64,000 nucleotides of DNA, taken from Desulfobacteraceae bacterium UBA2156 (GTDB lineage Bacteria > Desulfobacterota > Desulfobacteria > Desulfobacterales > UBA2156). The stretch's first letter is position 1. The number at the start of each line of letters is the position of its first letter. The position numbers and the translations under genes were made by a program. The notes under the pieces are model-generated. The model ran no database searches and was not told the DNA's origin. It saw only the letters and a program-made list of their open reading frames with translations. Below, piece after piece: positions 16,812-24,708 of the stretch. The stretch covers positions 3,437 to 67,436 of the forward strand of contig DCWS01000016.1 in the NCBI GenBank assembly GCA_002328165.1. Direction: 5' to 3'.

Positions 16812-18275
16812 ATGCCAGTAACCAGATTACAGAACTATGTCAACGGTGAGTGGGTTGACGCAACAGCAGGAAGATATAACGAGATCATTAATCCGGCCCA
16901 TGGCACCCTTCTTTGCGAGGCGCCCGTGTCATCTCAAGCGGATATGGATTTGGCTATCCATGCCGCGGAAGAAGCCTTTCAGGACTGGAGAAACACGCCA
17001 CCTGTTGCCAGAGCGAGATATCTGCATCGTCTCATTGCTCTGATGGAAGAGAATTTTAATGAACTCAGTATTACACAAACCCTTGAACATGGGAAGACCA
17101 TTGATGAATCAAGGGGTGAAACCCGGCGCGGGATCGAAATGTTGGAGGTGGCTTCGGGAATTCCCTCTTTGATGCAGGGTTTCAACCTAGAAGATATCGC
17201 CCATGGTATTGATGAAGTGGCCTTCTACCAACCAATGGGTGTGTTTGGCTGTATCGCCCCTTTTAACTTTCCCCTGATGATTCCGCTGTGGTTCCTTCCG
17301 TTTGCCATCGCCTGTGGAAACACCTTCGTGGTGAAGTCATCGCCCAGAACTCCGATGAGCCAGGCGGCATTTTTCAAGCTTCTCGACGAAGTCGGACTTC
17401 CGCCCGGTGTAGCCAGTTTGGTCAACGGTGAAACTAAGGCCGCCAATGCATTGTTGGATCACCACGGGATGCAGGGTGTGACCTTTGTTGGCTCCACACC
17501 GGTGGCAAAGGAGATTTACAAGAAATGCGGTGAAAACGGTATCAGGGTTATCGCCCAGGGCGGAGCCAAAAACTTTATCGTTCTCATGCCTGATGCTGAG
17601 ATTGATCAGGTGATGGTGAGCCTTCTCTCTTCCTTTTATGGAAATGCGGGTCAACGGTGCCTTTCAGGCGCAAATTTGTTGGTTGTCGGTGATGACAAGA
17701 CCTATAACCGTTTTCTGGATAAGTTTGTAGAAGCGGCACGCAATATCAAGGTTGGAGACGGTCTTGATGAATCCGTCCAGATGGGCCCTTTGCAGAATGA
17801 AGCATCAAAAGAACGAGTTTCAGGCATGATCGAAAATGCCATTTCCGAGGGTGCCAAACTCAAGTTGGACGGTCGCAGGCTGAACCTGGTGGGCGATCTT
17901 CCGGAGGCCTGTTTCCTTAATCCAACGGTACTCGAAAGTGTTCAGCCGGATATGACCTGTGCGATGGAAGAAATTTTTGGCCCGGTGGCGTGTGTTCTTC
18001 GGGCGAAAGATTTAGAGGAGACAATAGATATCATTCACTGTAACCCTTACGGAAATGCGGCGTCTATATTTACCAACACCGGTAAATGGGCCCGGCAGTT
18101 TCGACATGAAGTGGTTGTCGGCAATGTCGGAATCAATGTCGGTATAGTTGCGCCCATGTCCTTTTTTCCGTTTGGCGGCAGAAAAGACTCATTTTTCGGG
18201 GTTGTACACGGCCAGGGAAGGGATGTGATCCGGTTTTTTACCGAGCCTAAAATTGTTATTGAAAGGTGGTTTTGA
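16812..18275 (+). CDS. mmsA: aldehyde dehydrogenase, methylmalonate-semialdehyde dehydrogenase (CoA-acylating) type
   Basis: 487 aa. N-terminus LQNYVNGEWVDA. Catalytic Cys region FYGNAGQRCLSG. FVGSTPVAKEIY. AAGGAGGAG SD. Confidence 0.75.
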   Translation: MPVTRLQNYVNGEWVDATAGRYNEIINPAHGTLLCEAPVSSQADMDLAIHAAEEAFQDWRNTPPVARARYLHRLIALMEENFNELSITQTLEHGKTIDESRGETRRGIEMLEVASGIPSLMQGFNLEDIAHGIDEVAFYQPMGVFGCIAPFNFPLMIPLWFLPFAIACGNTFVVKSSPRTPMSQAAFFKLLDEVGLPPGVASLVNGETKAANALLDHHGMQGVTFVGSTPVAKEIYKKCGENGIRVIAQGGAKNFIVLMPDAEIDQVMVSLLSSFYGNAGQRCLSGANLLVVGDDKTYNRFLDKFVEAARNIKVGDGLDESVQMGPLQNEASKERVSGMIENAISEGAKLKLDGRRLNLVGDLPEACFLNPTVLESVQPDMTCAMEEIFGPVACVLRAKDLEETIDIIHCNPYGNAASIFTNTGKWARQFRHEVVVGNVGINVGIVAPMSFFPFGGRKDSFFGVVHGQGRDVIRFFTEPKIVIERWF

Positions 18276-18706
18276 TGAACCTGAACACCATGTCCGCCGT
18301 AATGACGTTTGTCTCCAAAATTGAAAACGATTCCGCCTCTTTTTATGACAAAACCGTAAAAAAATATCCTGAGTTTGAAGAAACCTTTCAGGCGTGGATC
18401 AGGGAAAACGCAAAATTTGAAAAACAGGTAAAGCAAACCTATTTTGGTGTTATTACCGATACCCTCGAGTCCAACTTTTCCTTTGGAGGATTGGACAGCG
18501 GTAACTATGACCTCGATCTGGTCCTGCCGGAGAATGCGGGTCTCTCAGAAGGGAAAAAAAAGGCATTTGAAATCGAAGAGACTATCAAGCGCTTCTATCT
18601 GGAGGCGGCCCGGTTGTCGGATGGTTTGATGGCCGATATTCCGAGGCTCTTTAGAAAAATCGCCAAAAAAAGGGAGGATCGCATTCTTTCCGTCTCGTCA
18701 TTTTAG
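18275..18706 (+). CDS. hypothetical protein, translationally coupled to mmsA
   Basis: ATG 18275 overlaps the mmsA TGA (TGATG). 143 aa, helical/acidic. No motif recognised. Confidence 0.45.
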   Translation: MNLNTMSAVMTFVSKIENDSASFYDKTVKKYPEFEETFQAWIRENAKFEKQVKQTYFGVITDTLESNFSFGGLDSGNYDLDLVLPENAGLSEGKKKAFEIEETIKRFYLEAARLSDGLMADIPRLFRKIAKKREDRILSVSSF

Positions 18707-18810
18707 CGGAGCCCCGGTGCACACTTACTTTTTGGAAACTTTCAGCAACTTGTAGAAGGCGCATGGATTCAATGATTGTAGAAGGTGTTGGAGAGGGTTT
18801 GCATCTTTTT

Positions 18811-19437
18811 CTATTTCGTTCCGAAAATTTTATCTCCGGCATCCCCCAAGCCCGGCAGAATATAACCGATCTCGTTTAGCTTTTCATCTATGGCAGCTAT
18901 AAAAATATCAACATCCGGATGGGCTGATTCCACCCGTTTGATCCCTTCGGGTGCGGCGACTAGGAAAATTCCCTTGATCCGTTCGCAGCCGTCTTGTTTT
19001 AACAGCTCGATGGTCGCACAGACAGTTCCACCGGTGGCGAGCATCGGATCGAGTATCAGGGCAATCCGTTCGCTGAGCCGAGTAGCAGTTTTGACATAAT
19101 ACCTGACAGGTTCCAGTGTTTTCTCATTTCGATATAGACCGACAACACTGACCTACGCCGAGGGTATGAGATTGAGAACGCCATCCATCATGCCCAAGCC
19201 GGCTCTTAAAATCGGCACAATGGTTATTTTTTTCCCTTTAATCCTTTCAACCTGCACCGACCCGGCCCATCCCTGGATGGTCATTGTTTCGGTTTCCAGG
19301 TCTTTGGTGGCCTCATACGTGAGAAAGCTGGCCAGTTCAGAGGTGAGATCTCGGAAGTCTTTGGTTGTTACATCATTTTCTCTTATGATCCCCAATTTGT
19401 GCTTTATCAGAGGGTGTTGAACAACATGTATCGGCAC
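18811..19437 (-). pseudogene. upp: uracil phosphoribosyltransferase with one in-frame TAG
   Basis: A single 209-codon frame reads ...[19 protein letters not shown][TAG][43 protein letters not shown]...[11 protein letters not shown]. The TAG is at 19153-19155, where Upp proteins carry Arg/Lys. Confidence 0.85.
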
Positions 19438-19545
19438 GTGCGGCCTCCTTGTTTAAGGTTGTCCTGATTTTCGGGAAGGATAGAGGGAAGAATGGCGGGA
19501 TGTCAACCGAATTGAAGCGCCATAAGCGTTCAGCCTGGATCAGGG

Positions 19546-20694
19546 TTATGCTTGGATCGCTGAGATCTGTTCCGCCGCCTTTTTTAAGGTTTCGTCTCTT
19601 TTTGCAAAACAGAATCGCAAAACTTTATGGTCATCGTTTTGATGGTAAAAAACAGATAGGGGAATTGAAGCCACTCCGTGCTCAACGGTCATCAGTTTAG
19701 AGAATTCGACATCCGATTCGCCGGAGATAAGTGAATAATCAAGCATTTGGAAATAAGTTCCCCTGCAAGGGAGTACTTTCAAACGGGATCCTTTTAAAAA
19801 AGATAAAAATTTATCTCTCTTGTCTTGATAGAACCTGGATAAATTAACAAATACCGCTTTGTTTTCCATAAATTCTGCATAAGCGAGTTGAACGGGTGTA
19901 TTGGAAGCAAAGGTAAGAAACTGGTGAATCTTTTGAAACTCTTTGGAAAACGGAGCGGGAGCGAGACAATACCCGATCTTCCATCCAGTTGCATGGTAGG
20001 TTTTCCCAAATGAGTTGATTACAAAACTTCTTAGTGCGAGCTCCGGATACCGGCAAAGGCTTTCATGTTGATATCCATCAAAAACGATGTGTTCATAAAC
20101 TTCGTCGCTTATCATCAACAGATTTGAATTTTGGGTAATTTGCTTCAGTTCAGAGATGTCTTCCTTCGACAAGACCGCACCGGTTGGGTTGTGTGGAAAA
20201 TTCAAGATCAAGAGCTTGGTTTTTGACGATATGGCGGCTCTTATCTCATCCCAATCGATATGGTAATCCGGAAATTTGAGTTTGACATAAACAGGAACCC
20301 CGCCGTTTAGTCGGATAGTCGGCACATACGAATCGTACGCAGGTTCAAAAACGATGACTTCGTCACCCGGCTGCACAACAGCGGTAATCGCGGCAAATAG
20401 AGCTTCGGTTGCACCCGAGGTCACGGTTATTTCAGTTGCGGGATCATAAGTGGCGCCGTACAATTCTTGAGCTTTTTTAGCAATTTTTTCTCGCAACATC
20501 AAAACGCCCTGCATCGGTGCATATTGATTATGGCCCGTTCGCATATATTTTTCCACCAATGCCACAAGTTCGGCCGGAACGTCAAAATCCGGAAATCCCT
20601 GTGATAAATTGATCGCATTATTGTCGTTGGCAAGTTTTGTCATGACAGAAAATATGGTCATTCCAACATCGGGGAGTTTTGATTCGATTTTCAT
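19546..20694 (-). CDS. class I/II aminotransferase (YbdL/methionine-aminotransferase-like)
   Basis: MKIESKLPDVGMTIFSVMTKLA... is typical of the family N-terminus. SFGKTYHATGWKIGY is the PLP-lysine region. ATG 20694 is preferred over the TTG at 20748. Confidence 0.8.
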   Translation of the reverse strand: MKIESKLPDVGMTIFSVMTKLANDNNAINLSQGFPDFDVPAELVALVEKYMRTGHNQYAPMQGVLMLREKIAKKAQELYGATYDPATEITVTSGATEALFAAITAVVQPGDEVIVFEPAYDSYVPTIRLNGGVPVYVKLKFPDYHIDWDEIRAAISSKTKLLILNFPHNPTGAVLSKEDISELKQITQNSNLLMISDEVYEHIVFDGYQHESLCRYPELALRSFVINSFGKTYHATGWKIGYCLAPAPFSKEFQKIHQFLTFASNTPVQLAYAEFMENKAVFVNLSRFYQDKRDKFLSFLKGSRLKVLPCRGTYFQMLDYSLISGESDVEFSKLMTVEHGVASIPLSVFYHQNDDHKVLRFCFAKRDETLKKAAEQISAIQA

Positions 20695-20790
20695 GGCAGT
20701 TATCTTTCTAGGGGGATTAGAGTCCGATAGGTTGGTCCTGGTTGTCAAACATATAGTCCATATACCTTATCAATTTTGAAGCATTCTACA

Positions 20791-21663
20791 TTAAGCAGCA
20801 GGGGATGTATTCCCTTCATCTGCGTCGCTGGGTTTTACCCAGGCCCCATCTTTTCGATAGGCAATATTGATCTCTTTTAGCTTTTTTTTCTGCTCAATAA
20901 AGCGGTCCTTCATACCGACCAGCCAATCCCTGTGCGTCAGGGCTGCTTTTTTGCTGAGAAACATTTCGTGTTCACCTTTATGTACGGTCAGAACCCAGTG
21001 GCCGGTTTCCATGGTAAGGGTACCGGCGTTGCTGCACAGCATGCAACGCACCTTGCCATCTGAAAGAAAACGAAACGTATCCCCGCCACATAAAGGGCAA
21101 GCCAGCCCTTTTTTTTCGGGTGCTGGTCCAAACAGAGATGCGGCCATGTCTTTGGCGATTTTCTTGTTTTTCCCATTGATAAATACTTCCCCCGGAAGGG
21201 CGCCGTATACGATTGAACTCTTTTTAATCCTAGCCAAAATGAATTTCAGAAAACTCTCGATTCCGAGGAGCGTGTAACCCTCCTTTCCTTCGATACCAGT
21301 TATCCCGACCCCCAAAGCCGGCTTTCCCCATAACTTGTCCACGTGTGCGTAAAAGGCAAGTCCCCTGTCTGTGAGCCGTTTTAAAGATGAATTGGGTCCT
21401 AGGAAATAAGTCGGTGTGGATACGATTAGTGCATCCGCTTTAACAATAGAATCCAAAATAGTGTTCAAGTCATCATCCTGAACGCACTTTTTTTCTTTAA
21501 ACAGACACGCATAGCAGCCTTTGCAGGGAAGGATTTCAAAATCGATTAGACGGATCAGACTCAACTGATGGGGTGTGGTAACCTGCCGACTGATTTCTTT
21601 TACCATGATTTCACAGTTCCCTAGTTTTCGGGGGGAACCGATGATACCCAGAATTTTTTTCAC
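20791..21663 (-). CDS. iron-sulfur flavoprotein / NADPH-dependent FMN reductase-like protein with C-terminal zinc-ribbon extension
   Basis: 290 aa, GTG start. KILGIIGSPRKLGNCE...LPCKGCYACLF is flavodoxin-like with a Cys cluster. C-terminal CPLCGGDTFRF..VRCMLC. Confidence 0.7.
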   Translation of the reverse strand: MKKILGIIGSPRKLGNCEIMVKEISRQVTTPHQLSLIRLIDFEILPCKGCYACLFKEKKCVQDDDLNTILDSIVKADALIVSTPTYFLGPNSSLKRLTDRGLAFYAHVDKLWGKPALGVGITGIEGKEGYTLLGIESFLKFILARIKKSSIVYGALPGEVFINGKNKKIAKDMAASLFGPAPEKKGLACPLCGGDTFRFLSDGKVRCMLCSNAGTLTMETGHWVLTVHKGEHEMFLSKKAALTHRDWLVGMKDRFIEQKKKLKEINIAYRKDGAWVKPSDADEGNTSPAA

Positions 21664-21708
21664 AAGCGTTGCATCTCCTTTTGTCGGTTCAAGTTAAATT
21701 TACTCGAG

Positions 21709-21745
21709 TTTCACACCTGGTATTTTGCGAAAAGTCGCATCAGGC
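21709..21745 (+). repeat. 37-nt hairpin repeat, copy 2
   Basis: TTTCACACCTGGTATTTTGCGAAAAGTCGCATCAGGC is 33/37 identical to 10982-11018. Confidence 0.7.
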
Positions 21746-22259
21746 ATAGGGTAAAAAGAAATTTTTCTGGAAAAAATTGATGATGAACGGTTTGACAACG
21801 GCACAAAACCTTTTAAGAGTTACCATTCCAGAAGCAACTGATATTTCAAAAAAAATCCAAACCATCGCGTGCCTGTTCACGGAGATTACCTTATGTATTC
21901 GGGTCCACAACGGTTATCTCATTGTTTTCCCAAAGAATTTTATTTACCCCACTCCAGATGCTGCACCGTGCCCAACTGGGAGTGCGAAACTTGAATGTTA
22001 ACCAATCGATACCAAAAATAAGGATGGTTAAAATCAGATTGAATGTCAAGTGCGAAAAGGTTTAAAAGGCTTGATGAGGTTTTCAGGGTCGTTTTTTTCT
22101 ACCTCAACTTGATATCTAAAAATTTCTTTCATTAGAAAAATCAAATAGATAATCGTTTGAACCGGAACACTGTAAAGTATGTTCAATCAGGGAGAAAAGT
22201 TATTGTGAAATTTTCCGTTGCAATAGGTGTACTCAAAGTTCCGATGAAAGGAAACTTAA

Positions 22260-22772
22260 ATGAACAAGGTGATTTATTCAATGATTTCTGTCGTCCTTCT
22301 GCTCATGCCGCCAGCTCTTGCCTACGAACTCAAAGTGGGAATGAAGGCTTCTGACTGGTCGTTTGAGGATTCTAAAAAAAATATTTTTGCCATGGCCAAC
22401 TGGGCCGGCAAGGTTCTTCTGGTGAACTATGTTGATCCGGACATCATGAAAAAGGCGAAGGATGAGGGCCGGCTTAAGGATGAGACCTATAGGGGGATTG
22501 GGATTGCAGACTGCGCTGCGACCTGAAAACCTAATTTTGCCATTCGGGTCATCGCGGCAAAAAAAGCGAAAAAGTACAAAACAACAATTCTTTTTGACTA
22601 CAAAGCCGTTTTACACAAGGCTTGGAGGCTTAAAAAGGATACGGCCAATGTGATATTACTCGATAAAAACAAAGTATGCCGGGCGATCGTGAGAGGTCGG
22701 GTCCCAGATGAGGCGGTTGATAAACTTATCCAGCTTGCCATCGAATTGCAGTCCGAATCAATGATCACTTAA
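22260..22772 (+). pseudogene. periplasmic thioredoxin-fold (YtfJ/AhpC-TSA-like) protein with one in-frame TGA (nonsense, or candidate Sec codon)
   Basis: Signal peptide MNKVIYSMISVVLLLMPPALA. One frame stays open from 22260 to TAA 22770-22772 apart from TGA 22524-22526. Both halves look like one protein (GKVLLVNYVDPD...GIGIADCAAT*KPNFAIRV...NVILLDKNKVCRAIVRG). Confidence 0.55.
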
Positions 22773-22889
22773 GATTCACACTTCAGACTTTATGAAGCCT
22801 CGCCTTTGCCCCATGACGAAGGCGACGCTAGAGTGGATGGGGTGTTAAACTTGAGCAATTACAAAACAGCTGCAGTAGACGGGACCAAA

Positions 22890-22930
22890 AGAAGCTGAAG
22901 AGACAGTTTCCACCGGTCTCTTCAGCTTCT
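22890..22930. terminator. 15-bp hairpin between convergent genes; likely terminator of the ilv-leu operon
   Basis: AGAAGCTGAAGAGAC (22890-22904) pairs with GTCTCTTCAGCTTCT (22916-22930), with an 11-nt loop. On the minus strand it is followed by TTTTGG. Confidence 0.6.
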
Positions 22931-23005
22931 TAAAATACGGCCTAAAAACCGAAAGATCAATTAATTAGCTGCAACAGTCCAAATTGATCGGATATCCAAG
23001 ATCAG

Positions 23006-24544
23006 TTACAGCACTACCGAGTCTTTAGCCGGGTGCGCTTTCAGGTATTCCATGCGGTTCAACCCGTTGATATACGCCTTGGCGCTGGCGGTGATAATGT
23101 CGGGATCAGCACCTTTCCCAAGAGCGATAAGGCCGTTTTCCTTCAGCCGAACCGTTACCTCTCCCTGCGCATCCGTGCCACCGGTGATGGCGCTGACCGA
23201 AAATCTCAGAAGTTCGGATTCGGTTCCTGCCAACTTGGCAATGTTCTCAAAAACAGCATCAATCGGGCCGTTTCCATAGCCTGCCCCTTGAACCGATCTT
23301 CCGTTTATCAAGAGTTGAACACTGGCCATCGGTAAAACGGTCGTTCCGCTGGTGACATGCAGATATTCCAGTTGAAAGATATCCTTGGTGCGAAGAATGC
23401 TTTCGGCCACGATGACTTCCAGATCTTCATCAACAAGGTGCTTCTTTTTGTCTGAAAGTTCTTTGAATTTTTTAAACACAATTTTTAATTCTTCATCAGA
23501 AAGATCGTATCCTATCTCCTTTAATCGGGACCTGAGGGCATGCCTTCCGGAATGTTTTCCGAGAACGAGCTTGTTCGTGCTCAATCCGATGGTTTCAGGT
23601 TTCATGATCTCATAGGTCATGGGGTTCTTCAAAACCCCGTCTTGATGTATCCCGGCCTCGTGAGAAAAGGCATTGGCGCCTACGATGGCTTTGTTCGGCT
23701 GCACCATAATGCCGGTTATCATGCTGACAAGGCGGCTGGAGGGATATATCTGGTCTGTTTTAATGCCGGTTGATAGCGGAAAATAATTCGGCCGGGTGTG
23801 GAGCGCCATGATTACCTCTTCCAGGGAGGTATTTCCGGCCCTTTCCCCAATCCCGTTGATGGTCACTTCCGCCTGTCTTGCTCCGGCGTTCAAGGCGGCG
23901 ATCGTATTTGATGTGGCCAACCCCAGATCATTGTGGCAATGGACACTCAAGACAGCTTCATTCAGGTTAGGGGTGTGCGCAATGACATATTTGACGAGGT
24001 CAGTAAATTCTTCAGGGACGGCGTAACCGACGGTATCAGGGAGGTTGATGGTTGTGGCGCCCACCCCAATGGCGGCTTCAAAAACTTTACACAGGAAATC
24101 ACGATCGCTGCGAGATCCATCTTCAGCCGAAAACTCAACATTTTGTGTCAAAGATTTGGCATACCTTACCGCATCAACTGTTGCCTGTATAATCTCGTCC
24201 CGGGACATTTTCAGTTTATACTCCAGATGAATGTCCGAGGTCGCGATAAAGATGTGTATCCTCGGTTTTGCGGCGTGCTGTATCGCCCCCCACGCCCGGT
24301 CGATATCCTCTTTGGAGGTGCGTGCCAAACCCGCGATTTCGGTCCTTTCCAGTTTTTTTGCTATTTTGGATACGGCGTCGAAATCCCCTTCAGATGCTGC
24401 CGGAAAACCGGCCTCTATTATATCGACTCCCAGTTTTTCCAACTGTACGGCAAGTCGCAGTTTTTCTGCTGGATTCATGCTCGCACCTGGAGATTGTTCA
24501 CCATCTCTTAAGGTCGTATCAAAGATTAATATTCTGTTATCCAT
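23006..24544 (-). CDS. leuA: 2-isopropylmalate synthase
   Basis: 512 aa. ILIFDTTLRDGEQSPGASM, HCHNDLGLATSNT, and a C-terminal LeuA dimerisation/regulatory domain. Confidence 0.9.
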   Translation of the reverse strand: MDNRILIFDTTLRDGEQSPGASMNPAEKLRLAVQLEKLGVDIIEAGFPAASEGDFDAVSKIAKKLERTEIAGLARTSKEDIDRAWGAIQHAAKPRIHIFIATSDIHLEYKLKMSRDEIIQATVDAVRYAKSLTQNVEFSAEDGSRSDRDFLCKVFEAAIGVGATTINLPDTVGYAVPEEFTDLVKYVIAHTPNLNEAVLSVHCHNDLGLATSNTIAALNAGARQAEVTINGIGERAGNTSLEEVIMALHTRPNYFPLSTGIKTDQIYPSSRLVSMITGIMVQPNKAIVGANAFSHEAGIHQDGVLKNPMTYEIMKPETIGLSTNKLVLGKHSGRHALRSRLKEIGYDLSDEELKIVFKKFKELSDKKKHLVDEDLEVIVAESILRTKDIFQLEYLHVTSGTTVLPMASVQLLINGRSVQGAGYGNGPIDAVFENIAKLAGTESELLRFSVSAITGGTDAQGEVTVRLKENGLIALGKGADPDIITASAKAYINGLNRMEYLKAHPAKDSVVL

Positions 24545-24652
24545 TGGTTTACCCCGTTTTTGATTTTTTAAAGTGGGTGATAATTGTTGATGCTATCACC
24601 GGATTTTTCACTCAAACAACAGGTGAAATAGGGAGAAACCGTAAAAGCATGG

Positions 24653-24686
24653 GCCGCAGGATGTCAGAGTTTTCCGATCCTGCGGC
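24653..24686 (-). promoter_or_regulatory. intercistronic 10-bp hairpin between cimA and leuA
   Basis: GCCGCAGGAT (24653-24662) pairs with ATCCTGCGGC (24677-24686), with a 14-nt loop. Function unknown. Confidence 0.35.
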
Positions 24687-24708
24687 ATTAACCATTTGTC
24701 CCATTTTT

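Noticed and set aside
24545-24708. T-box or Leu leader-peptide control of leuA
   Set aside because: No AGGGUGGUACCGCG-type T-box sequence or specifier-loop features, and no Leu-rich small ORF. Also, the spacer is shorter than typical T-box leaders.
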